From IMG/VR virus record IMGVR_UViG_3300010354_000045, positions 32,001 to 96,000 of that record: 64,000 nt of DNA; one strand, 5' to 3'. The position numbers and the translations under genes were made by a program. Shown here one piece after another: positions 48,959-58,727 of the stretch (position 1 is its first letter; each line of letters opens with the position of its first letter). A model generated the notes under the pieces. That model was not told the origin of the DNA. It saw nothing but the letters and a program-made list of their open reading frames with translations, and made no database searches. Origin of the DNA: a virus.

Positions 48959-50080
48959 ATGACACAACAAATTATTAATGTTGGAAATACAACTAATGAT
49001 GGCACTGGAGATACCTTAAGGGTTGGCGCTCAAAAGATTAATAATAATTTTACAGAGCTATACGGCACCGTTAATTACTTGTCTAATTACACTTTTAGCA
49101 TACCAACAGCTTCAACTTCTGTAGCTGGACTAGTAAAAGTTGACGGTAGCTCAATCACAATTACAAGTGGAACAATATCTGCGACCCCCTATACATTGCC
49201 AACTGCAACTACTTCAGTACTAGGTGGTGTCAAAGTTGACGGAACATCGGTTACTATATCTAACGGTGTAATATCGGCTACTGCACCTTATATATTGCCA
49301 ACTGCAACTACTTCAGTACTAGGTGGTGTCAAAGTTGACGGAACATCGGTTACTATAAACGGTAGCGGAGTTATTTCTGCAGTCACTTCGTACTCATTAC
49401 CAACCGCAACTACTTCAGTACTAGGTGGTGTCAAAGTTGACGGCACTACTATTACTATAAACGGTAGCGGAGTTATTTCTTCAGCCGCAGCTTATTCATT
49501 ACCAACCGCAACTACTTCAGTACTAGGTGGTGTTAAAATTGATGGAACATCAGTTACTATAAACGGTAGCGGGGTAATTTCCGCCGTTACTTCATATTCA
49601 TTGCCTACAGCTAGTACTTCGGTGCTAGGTGGTGTTAAAGTTGACGGTACTTCAATTACTATAAACGGTAGCGGAGTTATTTCTACCGTAGTAACAGGAC
49701 TTAGTTCTAGAATAAGCCAAAGTGGAACAACTGCAAACATTGCAAACAATGCTTCAGATGAAATTAGAATAACAGGATTTAAATCTTATATGTTGTTACA
49801 GATTCAAACTTCTGCAGCGGCTTGGGTAAGATTATACACATCTCCTGCAACACGTACTAGTGATTCTGGCAGAACACAAGGTCAAGATCCTAATCCAGGA
49901 TCAGGAGTTATAGCAGAAGTAATTACAACAGGCGCTCAAACATTATTAATGAGTCCTGGGGTTCTAGGTTTTAACAGTGAATCCCCTGTATCAACAGATA
50001 TTCCAATGACTATAACTAACCTTAGCGGCGGATCTGCTGCAATAACTGTTACATTGACATTATTAAAATTAGAGAACTAA
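48959..50080 (+). CDS. Fibre protein with gp9/gp10-type N-terminus and six repeats
   Basis: INVGNTTNDGTGDTLRVGAQKINNNFTELY followed by LPTATTSVLGGVKVDG repeats. Confidence 0.7.
   Translation: MTQQIINVGNTTNDGTGDTLRVGAQKINNNFTELYGTVNYLSNYTFSIPTASTSVAGLVKVDGSSITITSGTISATPYTLPTATTSVLGGVKVDGTSVTISNGVISATAPYILPTATTSVLGGVKVDGTSVTINGSGVISAVTSYSLPTATTSVLGGVKVDGTTITINGSGVISSAAAYSLPTATTSVLGGVKIDGTSVTINGSGVISAVTSYSLPTASTSVLGGVKVDGTSITINGSGVISTVVTGLSSRISQSGTTANIANNASDEIRITGFKSYMLLQIQTSAAAWVRLYTSPATRTSDSGRTQGQDPNPGSGVIAEVITTGAQTLLMSPGVLGFNSESPVSTDIPMTITNLSGGSAAITVTLTLLKLEN
49093..49690 (+). repeat. Six tandem ~96-102-nt coding repeats
   Basis: YSLPTATTSVLGGVKVDGTSVTINGSGVISA units, near-identical at DNA level. 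Confidence 0.9.
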
Positions 50081-50081
50081 A

Positions 50082-51761
50082 ATGAGTGAATTAAAAAAGT
50101 TTATTGTAACATTATATCATCATGAAGATCTAGATCAATTTTATAATGATATGGAGACCCCTGGCGGGGGTCTGTATTATCCTGATAGAGAAGTTGACGT
50201 AGCAGCAAGAAGACCTAACAGCAGGAATACACATTATTGGTTAACTACTGAAGAAGCAGAGCTAATAAAAATGGATCCAAGAGTTATGGATGTAGTCCCA
50301 GAAGAACTAATAACTTTGACTAGACGTCCGGCATACACACAAACATCCTCAAATTGGAATAAACAGTTTGTTAACACAAACACTCATGTTAATTGGGGGT
50401 TATTAAGATGTTTTGAAGGACAGCAACGAGCTAATTGGGGAGAGAATGGTACTCTAACACAAACAGGAACAATAACAATTAATGCAGAAGGCCGAAATGT
50501 TGATGTTATTGTTGTTGACGGTCATGTTAATCCCGATCATCCAGAGTATGCAAAAAATTCCGACGGAACCGGTGGTTCGAGAGTAAATCAATATAATTGG
50601 TATCAACACACAAATGCAATAACTGGCAGCTCAAATGGCACATATGTTTATACACCGTATGTTGATCCTAGCTATCCAGATTATGATCTTGATGGTGAAT
50701 CAGACAGGACCGGTGATAACAATCACGGAGCTCACGTTGCAGGCACTGTTGCAGGAAACACACAAGGTTGGGCAAGGTCCGCTAATATTTATAATATAAG
50801 CCCATATTCAACAAATCAAAATGCCGATGCGGTTACCTATCTTTATGATTATATAAAAGAGTTTCATAATAATAAAGCCATAAACCCAGCAACGGGTAGA
50901 AAGAATCCAACTATAATGAATTGTAGTTATGGTTCATCTATACAATGGAACCAAGGAGTTTTTGGTGTTATAACTCGTGCTGTTTACAGAGGTGTCGACA
51001 CCGGTGTTGTCGCAGGAGGACTATCGACTGCACAATTAAATGCTAACGGTATATATGACCGTTTAAATAATAAAAGTCCTGTAGTTCCTTACTACTCATC
51101 GGCTGACCAAGTTGACATAGAAGATTTAATCAATGCCGGAGTTATCATAGTAGCTGCTGCCGGCAATGATTTTTTCTATACATCTAATGTTACCGATCAA
51201 GATTGGAATAATTATTTTTATGCTACTTATAACGGTGTTAATTACATTTGGTACTACCATAGAGGTTCGGCACCAGCAGCTATAAGTAATGTAATTTCAG
51301 TTGGTGCAGTTGGAAATACAGTTAATGAAACTAAAGCAACTTTTAGTAATAATGGTCCCGGCGTTGATATATTTGCCCCAGGCCGTGCCATTATGAGTTC
51401 CTTGAATGATGGTGGCACCACAGACCCAAGAAATGTCAGTTATAGGATAGGAAAGTATCAAGGAACTAGCATGGCTAGTCCTCAAGTTTGTGGGTTACTT
51501 ACCTGTGTATTAGAGACATATCCAAGTATGACTCAAGTAAAGGCTAGAGAATACATTACAGCAACAGCTAAAACTGGACAAATGACCGATACTGGCGGAA
51601 GTTATACAGATCAAACTTCTTTAAATGGAGCACCAAATCGTTATCTTTCGTATAAACAAGAACGTCCAACATCGGGAGATGTTTATCCAAAAAAAGATTA
51701 TTTTATAAGACCATCTACAGGAAGTGTTTATCCAAGAACTCGCATTCGAAGGACATTATAA
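50082..51761 (+). CDS. Subtilisin-like serine protease (S8)
   Basis: Triad motifs VIVVDGH, NHGAHVAGTVAG, GTSMASPQVCG; oxyanion AAAGN; N-terminal prodomain-like segment. Confidence 0.9.
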   Translation: MSELKKFIVTLYHHEDLDQFYNDMETPGGGLYYPDREVDVAARRPNSRNTHYWLTTEEAELIKMDPRVMDVVPEELITLTRRPAYTQTSSNWNKQFVNTNTHVNWGLLRCFEGQQRANWGENGTLTQTGTITINAEGRNVDVIVVDGHVNPDHPEYAKNSDGTGGSRVNQYNWYQHTNAITGSSNGTYVYTPYVDPSYPDYDLDGESDRTGDNNHGAHVAGTVAGNTQGWARSANIYNISPYSTNQNADAVTYLYDYIKEFHNNKAINPATGRKNPTIMNCSYGSSIQWNQGVFGVITRAVYRGVDTGVVAGGLSTAQLNANGIYDRLNNKSPVVPYYSSADQVDIEDLINAGVIIVAAAGNDFFYTSNVTDQDWNNYFYATYNGVNYIWYYHRGSAPAAISNVISVGAVGNTVNETKATFSNNGPGVDIFAPGRAIMSSLNDGGTTDPRNVSYRIGKYQGTSMASPQVCGLLTCVLETYPSMTQVKAREYITATAKTGQMTDTGGSYTDQTSLNGAPNRYLSYKQERPTSGDVYPKKDYFIRPSTGSVYPRTRIRRTL

Positions 51762-51783
51762 ATTTTTATTTTAAAAGGTTAAC

Positions 51784-52539
51784 ATGAAAGAAAATTTTAT
51801 AGAAGGAGAAGGTATAAGTTTGACTTTAGTAAATGGCAAAATAGCTATTACTAATACTATGCCAAATAGAAATACATTTTCTTCTGTGATAATAAACAAT
51901 GATCTAGTAGTAAATTCTTCCTCACATACTGATAATCTTAAATTATCAAGCAGTAACTATATTAATATTACTGTTGACTCAAATGTAATAAATTTTTCTT
52001 TAGATACAACAAATATTAAAGCCAATGTAACTAGTGAATATATTAGTGCAAAAAATTTAAAAATTTACGGCAATACTGAAAAATTAAAAGAAGATCATAG
52101 ATTACTAGCTGAAGAATTATATGCTCTTAATCAGATTATAGAAAGTTTAAAAACAACAATAGCAGCTACTTATAATCAAATAATTTATTGGTCAAAAGAA
52201 GATACTTTACTTGGCGAAGAGCAGAGAGAAACTTTTAAAATTCAATATGCAGATTTAAATAAAGAACTAGGAAAACTTAACGATCAAGCATTTAAAAAGA
52301 TGCAAAGATTAACTAAATTAGAAAATTCGTTTTTTTCGCCTAGCGTTGATTTAACTTACAATACAGAAAATGCCGAATTGCAATCAAACAAAGTATTTAG
52401 ATCTCCGTTTGTTTTAGAAAATCTTACAGAAAATCAAAAAGCGGCAATTATTGATCCTACTACTGGTAGAATGATTTATAATACAACAACGAACAAAGTT
52501 CAAGTTTTTGCCAAAAATACATGGATTGATTTGCATTAA
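51784..52539 (+). CDS. Hypothetical protein with coiled coil and fibre-type C-terminus
   Basis: 251 aa; ends PTTGRMIYNTTTNKVQVFAKNTWIDLH. Confidence 0.5.
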   Translation: MKENFIEGEGISLTLVNGKIAITNTMPNRNTFSSVIINNDLVVNSSSHTDNLKLSSSNYINITVDSNVINFSLDTTNIKANVTSEYISAKNLKIYGNTEKLKEDHRLLAEELYALNQIIESLKTTIAATYNQIIYWSKEDTLLGEEQRETFKIQYADLNKELGKLNDQAFKKMQRLTKLENSFFSPSVDLTYNTENAELQSNKVFRSPFVLENLTENQKAAIIDPTTGRMIYNTTTNKVQVFAKNTWIDLH

Positions 52540-52559
52540 ACTAGCATATTTGACTATTG

Positions 52560-52566
52560 ATAAATA
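52560..52566 (+). promoter_or_regulatory. Late promoter ATAAATA
   Basis: Upstream of ATG 52587. Confidence 0.6.
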
Positions 52567-52586
52567 TAGAATAAAGAGAGATTACT

Positions 52587-53195
52587 ATGGAAAGTAAAGA
52601 TTTAACTGGTGTACATGTGGAAGGACATATTAAAATATGGTATCCTGAGACAGGTGAAATTGCCGTCAACAAACGTAATGCAATTCATTATGAAAACATG
52701 AGTATTGCATTAGCTCAAAGTTTGGGAAATAGCGGTTCTGGTTTTATCTACCAACTTGCTTTAGGTAATGGCGGAACAACAGTGGATCCTACTGGAATTA
52801 TCACGTACCTAACACCTAACAGTTCTGGATCAAATGCTAGTTTATATAATGAGCAATATGCAAAAGTAGTTGATGATAGATCGACTAACAATGTTGATCC
52901 TACAAGAAATTATATTGAAACAAGGCATGTTACAGGAACAAATTACACTGATGTATTTGTCACATGTTTATTAGATTACGGTGAACCATCGGGACAATCA
53001 GCATTTGATAATGCTACAAACAACGACGGTAATTTTGTTTTTGATGAATTAGGGCTAAAAAGCTATAGTACATCAGGTACAGGTCTTTTACTAACACATG
53101 TAATATTTCATCCAGTTCAAAAATCGTTAAACAGATTAATACAAATTGATTATACTGTTAGAATTCAAAGTTTGACAGGTCTAGCAGGAGTTTAA
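52587..53195 (+). CDS. Baseplate/tail-fibre attachment protein
   Basis: 202 aa; FDELGL..LLTHVIFHPVQKS.NR.IQIDYTVRI; heads the fibre cluster. Confidence 0.55.
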   Translation: MESKDLTGVHVEGHIKIWYPETGEIAVNKRNAIHYENMSIALAQSLGNSGSGFIYQLALGNGGTTVDPTGIITYLTPNSSGSNASLYNEQYAKVVDDRSTNNVDPTRNYIETRHVTGTNYTDVFVTCLLDYGEPSGQSAFDNATNNDGNFVFDELGLKSYSTSGTGLLLTHVIFHPVQKSLNRLIQIDYTVRIQSLTGLAGV

Positions 53196-53198
53196 TAA

Positions 53199-55391
53199 AT
53201 GTCATATCTAGTTAATTACACTGAAACGACAAATCCAGCTAAGCCTGCTATTACAGTTGCAGATTTGTCTCTTAATACACAAACAAGTTTAACATTTCCT
53301 GGAAAAAATTATGCAGGTTACGCTCCAGTCATAGCAGAAAATTTTTTACATTTGTTAGAAAATTTTGCTAAAAATACAGCACCGTCAAATCCAGTTGAAG
53401 GACAGTTATGGTATGACAATTCTGCTGGAGTAGAATTATTAAAAGTTTATGATGGGACTACTTGGAATCCTACAGGATCAGTTAAAAAAGCAGCAACCGC
53501 TCCTACAAATAATAGTGTAGGTGACTTATGGGTAAACACTGATTTAAAACAATTAAATGTTTGGGGCGGATCTAGTTGGCTTTTAGTTGGACCCGAATAT
53601 AGCACTGGATCGTTAACTGGCACTAAATCTGAACAGATTGTAGATGTTAATAATGTAACTAGAAATGTTGTTTCTTTTTATGTAGGAAATACTAGAATAG
53701 CGATAGTAAGTAAATCTTCGTTCACACCAAAAGCACAAGTTACAGGATTTTCAGTAATTAATAGGGGTTTTAATTTAACATCTATTAATATTGATGACAC
53801 AGATAATTCAGCAGCTAATACCAAGATGTGGGGCACTGCCAGCCAAGCTGAAGCATTATTAGTTGGTTCAAGCACTGTATCTGCTGAAAACTTTTTAAGA
53901 AGTGATGTATCAAGCACTTCAAATTTTCCAATTAACATTAGAAATAGTGGCGGTCTAAGCATTGGTACAGATCTATCATTTAATATAGGACAAGGCGCAA
54001 GTTCTACTATTTTATATAGTAAAACATCCGGAAAAAGTATCGAAATTAAATTAACTAATGCAGGATCTCCCTTTACTTCCATTTATCTAGATGCTACTGG
54101 TAAAATTGGAATGGGTGCAAATAACACTAGTCCGTCAGAAGTTTTAGATGTTATTGGAAACATAAAGACTACAGGAATTATTACTACTACGTCAACTCAA
54201 GAATCAACTGGATTAGGTATAGGAAGTATAGCCACAAGTGGTGGTTTATCTGTTACAAAAAAATCTAATTTTGGAGGTGACGCAACATTTGCAAGCCCTA
54301 TATATCTAAGTAATCTAACAGGTATAATTCCTAATGATAATGTAGCAGTAATTCTTCCAAGTTCTGATTCTGCTAGTGAAAAATATAATATTGGATCTCC
54401 TACTAGGAAATTTAAAAACATATATGCTACTAATTTTATTGGTAGTTTTAATGGCGCATTTACTGGTAGTCTAGCAGGAAATATTTCAGGGTCGGCAGCT
54501 AGTTTAGCAAATTCGACTACTTTTCAAATTGCAGGCGACGTTACTACTACGGCAGGATTGTCATTTAATGGAATTACACAAAACGGAACAGCAACATTTA
54601 ATACGGTTGTTAGTACCAGCGTAATAAGTGGTAAGACAGAAACAACAACATCTGAATCTGGTGATAAGTTATTGATCTATAGATCATCAGGCGGTGGAAA
54701 CTTATTTCAAACTTCTAAACAAACATTTTTATCAAATGTAGCTACGGTACCGGTAGGTACTATTTTACCTTGGGCTGGCCCAGTAAGTCAAATACCTTTA
54801 GGATATTTGTTGTGTGATGGTGGTGAAGTAGCAATTTCAGATTTTACTAAGCTATGGCAACTTATAGGTTATACTTATAGAGCACAGAGTGATTTAAAAG
54901 GATATCAAACTTTTGCTTTACCAGATCTGAGAGGTAGATTTCCTCTTGGTATAGATAGTATGGATAACCAGCGCGAAGTTTATGATAAAACAGCACCAAT
55001 TGGTGGTAATGGATTACCAACTGTAACTATAAATGCTGGCGGCAAACGCAACGGTGTCAATCCTGCAAGTGATCCTGCAAATAGAGTAACTGATGTTACT
55101 GCTGATGTACTCGGAGGATCGTCCGGTGTGCAAAGTGCTCAGCTTGCACTAGCAAATCTTCCTGATCATAAACATGATTTAAAATCTGGATCAGATCAGT
55201 TTTATGCTGCTGGCATTGCTGTATCAGGTAATCCTAATGCAGTACCTAATGCAGGTATAAGTGCGGGTAACGGCAGTCAAGGCATTAATAACAGCGGAAG
55301 TGTAATTGGAGGATCAGCAACACCAACTCCGCTGACGGTAATGAATCCGTATTTGGCAATTAATTATATTATTTTTACAGGTGAACTATAA
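53199..55391 (+). CDS. Tail fibre with tail-collar domain
   Basis: PVGTILPWAG..IPLGYLLCDG...FALPDLRGRFPLG; C-terminal MNPYLAINYII. Confidence 0.8.
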   Translation: MSYLVNYTETTNPAKPAITVADLSLNTQTSLTFPGKNYAGYAPVIAENFLHLLENFAKNTAPSNPVEGQLWYDNSAGVELLKVYDGTTWNPTGSVKKAATAPTNNSVGDLWVNTDLKQLNVWGGSSWLLVGPEYSTGSLTGTKSEQIVDVNNVTRNVVSFYVGNTRIAIVSKSSFTPKAQVTGFSVINRGFNLTSINIDDTDNSAANTKMWGTASQAEALLVGSSTVSAENFLRSDVSSTSNFPINIRNSGGLSIGTDLSFNIGQGASSTILYSKTSGKSIEIKLTNAGSPFTSIYLDATGKIGMGANNTSPSEVLDVIGNIKTTGIITTTSTQESTGLGIGSIATSGGLSVTKKSNFGGDATFASPIYLSNLTGIIPNDNVAVILPSSDSASEKYNIGSPTRKFKNIYATNFIGSFNGAFTGSLAGNISGSAASLANSTTFQIAGDVTTTAGLSFNGITQNGTATFNTVVSTSVISGKTETTTSESGDKLLIYRSSGGGNLFQTSKQTFLSNVATVPVGTILPWAGPVSQIPLGYLLCDGGEVAISDFTKLWQLIGYTYRAQSDLKGYQTFALPDLRGRFPLGIDSMDNQREVYDKTAPIGGNGLPTVTINAGGKRNGVNPASDPANRVTDVTADVLGGSSGVQSAQLALANLPDHKHDLKSGSDQFYAAGIAVSGNPNAVPNAGISAGNGSQGINNSGSVIGGSATPTPLTVMNPYLAINYIIFTGEL

Positions 55392-57253
55392 TGAGTTATA
55401 TTATAAACAAAACTGATGGTTCTACTCTAACAGAATTGGTAGACGGAACAATAGATCAGTCGACTACTGATTTAACTCTTGTTGGTAAAAATGCAGTTAC
55501 ATACGGTGAAGCATTTAATGAAAATTTTATTAAATTATTAGAAAATTTTGCAAATATATCAGAACCGTCAAATCCTATAGAAGGGCAGTTATGGTATGAT
55601 ACTGCTGATCAAAGATTAAAAGTTTATAACGGTTCTAGTTTTAAGGCTACCGGCGGAACAATTATTTCTAGTAGTATACCCTCATCAATTGCCGCAGGAG
55701 ATATATGGATTGACAGTCTAAGACAACAACTATATTTTAATGACGGTACTTCAACAAAGTTAGCCGGGCCAATTTATTCATCACAGCAAGGTATAAGTGG
55801 CTTTATAGTAGAAGAAATAATAGACACAAACAACTTGCCTCATAATGTTGTTTTTCTCTACGTTTCAGGAACATTACTAGGTCTCTTTAGCAAGGACAGT
55901 TTTACTCCTAGAAGTGCTATACCCGGATATGGAACAGATCCAACTACTTCTCTTTCTTATCCTATAGCAGTAGGATATAATGAAACTAAAATTTTAACTA
56001 ATAAATTTGATGTTGCTTCTAGTAAATCCTATGCACTGATACAAACAGATGGAACATTGAGAACTGCTGAAACGTTTTTATCTGGGATTGGTAATTCTTC
56101 TACATCAGGAACTATTTCTATTCAGAATACTTTACCTTTGGTATTAGGTGTTGGCGGCGCTGTTAACGGACAATCAGAAATTAGAGTACAAGGTAACGAA
56201 TTTCAGATTAATGCCAATACACAAAATCAAAATTTTAATATTAAATTATTTTATGCCACCCAATTAACATCAATGATGTTTATAAACGGTGCTCAAAAAA
56301 GAATTGGCTTATTTACAAATACTCCTACAACAAGTTTAGATGTTGACGGGGATGCTAGAATAAGAGGAAGTCTAACAGTAGAAGGAAATTTAACTACTAT
56401 TAGCACTACAAATTTAGAAATTACAGACAAATTAATTGAAATAGCCAAAACAGCAACCCCTACAGATGTTAATGCCAACGGCGGCGGAATATCATTAAAG
56501 GGCACAACTGACAAAACTATAACTTGGTCTAGTACAGGATCTAATTGGACCTCCTCAGAAAATTTTAATCTAGCTTCGGGTAAAACTTTTAAAATTAATA
56601 ATGTTGATGTGTTATCTGCAACTAGTCTTTTAGTAACCAGCGCACCCGGCATTACTTCGCTAGGTACACTAGTTAATCTAGATGTTGATCAACTAAATTT
56701 AAATAACTCGACTATTAGTTATGTAAATCCTTCGTCTAGTAACGGAACAATAACTTTAGCTCCAAAAGGAACAGGCACTGTAGATGTAAGTTCAAAAAAG
56801 ATTTCAAATCTTGCATTACCAGATGTTAGCACAGATGCAGCTAATAAATCTTACGTAGATTCAACGGTATCTACAGATACACAAACAGTTTCTTTAACTA
56901 CAACTAATTTAGTAAATACAGCTATTGCTGTGTTGTTAGGAAAAATATTTCCAGTCCCGAGTGAAAGATTACAGAATACAAAGGCCAGGGTTTTATGTTA
57001 TGATTTAGGAACAGACCCAAGTGCTCCTAACACTAGCACAATATATGCTACCGCAGCACAGACCGGAATTACATATGTAATTACTTCAATTAGCGGAACT
57101 GATTTTACAGCAATTGGCTCACCAAATAATAACGTTGGTCAAGTGTTTACTAAAAATAGTAATTCTGCATCCGGTACAGGAACAGTTACACCATACATAA
57201 GACAGTTTTCTGTTAATGCTGGTTTAATTTGGCAATTTGATACAAATTTATAA
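55391..57253 (+). CDS. Tail fibre paralogue
   Basis: Shared N-domain GKN..YGE..NENF..LLENFA..P..GQLWYD. Confidence 0.7.
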   Translation: MSYIINKTDGSTLTELVDGTIDQSTTDLTLVGKNAVTYGEAFNENFIKLLENFANISEPSNPIEGQLWYDTADQRLKVYNGSSFKATGGTIISSSIPSSIAAGDIWIDSLRQQLYFNDGTSTKLAGPIYSSQQGISGFIVEEIIDTNNLPHNVVFLYVSGTLLGLFSKDSFTPRSAIPGYGTDPTTSLSYPIAVGYNETKILTNKFDVASSKSYALIQTDGTLRTAETFLSGIGNSSTSGTISIQNTLPLVLGVGGAVNGQSEIRVQGNEFQINANTQNQNFNIKLFYATQLTSMMFINGAQKRIGLFTNTPTTSLDVDGDARIRGSLTVEGNLTTISTTNLEITDKLIEIAKTATPTDVNANGGGISLKGTTDKTITWSSTGSNWTSSENFNLASGKTFKINNVDVLSATSLLVTSAPGITSLGTLVNLDVDQLNLNNSTISYVNPSSSNGTITLAPKGTGTVDVSSKKISNLALPDVSTDAANKSYVDSTVSTDTQTVSLTTTNLVNTAIAVLLGKIFPVPSERLQNTKARVLCYDLGTDPSAPNTSTIYATAAQTGITYVITSISGTDFTAIGSPNNNVGQVFTKNSNSASGTGTVTPYIRQFSVNAGLIWQFDTNL

Positions 57254-57266
57254 GAGAGCTTGAAAC

Positions 57267-58685
57267 ATGCCTTATGCTATAAACAATTATTTTGGAACTC
57301 AGGTAGCAACTGTTGCAGACGGCACAGTTAACAAAAACTTCTCTATTAGATTTATAGGAAAAAACTACTCTGGGTTTGGAGAATATATTAACGAAAATTT
57401 TTTACATTTGTTAGAAAATTTTGCAGGAACAACTGCACCTAAAGAAACTCCAGTTACTGGACAACTGTGGTATGACTCTACAGCAAGTTTATTAAAATTA
57501 AAATACTATACTGGGACCAAGTGGAGTTCATTGGCTGTTAATAACATAACTACTACTGCTAATAGTGTAGCACCGTCGGATTCTAAAGTAGGAGATTTTT
57601 GGTACGATCAACAGACAAATAGATTATCTATATATACTGGATCTGAATATGTTCTTGTAGGTCAACAGTCTGTTCTTGGATTTAATTCTACACAATTAGA
57701 AAGTACTAGTGTAAAACCAATTGATTCTGCTAATAAAAAAGCAATTATTAAAGCTAGTGTAAACGGGATAGTTTCTTACGTCATATCGTCAAATGCTGAA
57801 TTTACTTTAGATGGAGTTGTTAATGCCATTGACGGATTTACAGTTATCAAACCTGGCATAACTTTAAGAAATAGTTCTACCGGTGTAACTTCTAGCAATG
57901 ATAGATTTTGGGGAACTGCCAGTAACTCTGATAAGCTAGGCGGGTTGGCAGCAAATGCCTATGCATTAGCTTCGGGTGGAACATTTACATCTGCTGTATC
58001 TTTTGCAGATACTGGGTTTACTGTAGGCACAGAATTAAAGATTTTTAATGATCAATCTACAGAACCTACAATACAAAATTTAATTGGAAATAAAATTATT
58101 TTTAAAACTAGGTATAATAATGCTGATGTTACTCCATTACAGATAGTAGATAGAGATTTACTACCCGGAGTTAATAATTTTACAAATCTTGGCTCTCCTT
58201 CACTAAAGTTTGCTAACATATATGCTGGAAGCATTTATGGTATATCTGAAAAAGCAGATTCTTTAAATGTTGGCGGAGTCTACAGAACTGCTAGCACAGC
58301 GTCTGGACCAAACACAATTGTTGTTAGAGACGGATCAGGAGTTATTGCAGGGTCAGTTCAAAGTGCAAATGAAGCAGTGAAATTAAAAAATCCTAGAAAT
58401 ATCAACGGAGTTACATTTGACGGAACTCAAAGCATTGAAATACCATTTGATGCAAGTTTACTAGGCGGAACTACTATTAAATCGACGGTAGTTAACTCAA
58501 GTTTAACTAGTGTAGGTACATTGACTAATTTAAGAACTTCTGGATATATGAAAATGCCGGTTTATACTAATGAAACAGCTAGAAATTCTTCTATTACATC
58601 TCCTGAAGAGGGTATGGTTATTTTCTTAAGTAGTACTAAAAGATTTCAAGGATTTAATGGAACATCTTGGGTAGATTTACACTGA
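57267..58685 (+). CDS. Tail fibre paralogue
   Basis: Same N-domain; KLKNPRNINGVTFDGTQSI repeat; ends WVDLH. Confidence 0.7.
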   Translation: MPYAINNYFGTQVATVADGTVNKNFSIRFIGKNYSGFGEYINENFLHLLENFAGTTAPKETPVTGQLWYDSTASLLKLKYYTGTKWSSLAVNNITTTANSVAPSDSKVGDFWYDQQTNRLSIYTGSEYVLVGQQSVLGFNSTQLESTSVKPIDSANKKAIIKASVNGIVSYVISSNAEFTLDGVVNAIDGFTVIKPGITLRNSSTGVTSSNDRFWGTASNSDKLGGLAANAYALASGGTFTSAVSFADTGFTVGTELKIFNDQSTEPTIQNLIGNKIIFKTRYNNADVTPLQIVDRDLLPGVNNFTNLGSPSLKFANIYAGSIYGISEKADSLNVGGVYRTASTASGPNTIVVRDGSGVIAGSVQSANEAVKLKNPRNINGVTFDGTQSIEIPFDASLLGGTTIKSTVVNSSLTSVGTLTNLRTSGYMKMPVYTNETARNSSITSPEEGMVIFLSSTKRFQGFNGTSWVDLH

Positions 58686-58695
58686 TAAAAACATC

Positions 58696-58702
58696 ATAAA
58701 TA
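58696..58702 (+). promoter_or_regulatory. Late promoter ATAAATA
   Basis: Upstream of ATG 58728. Confidence 0.55.
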
Positions 58703-58727
58703 TACAAGCAACAAGGAAAAGAGCGAA

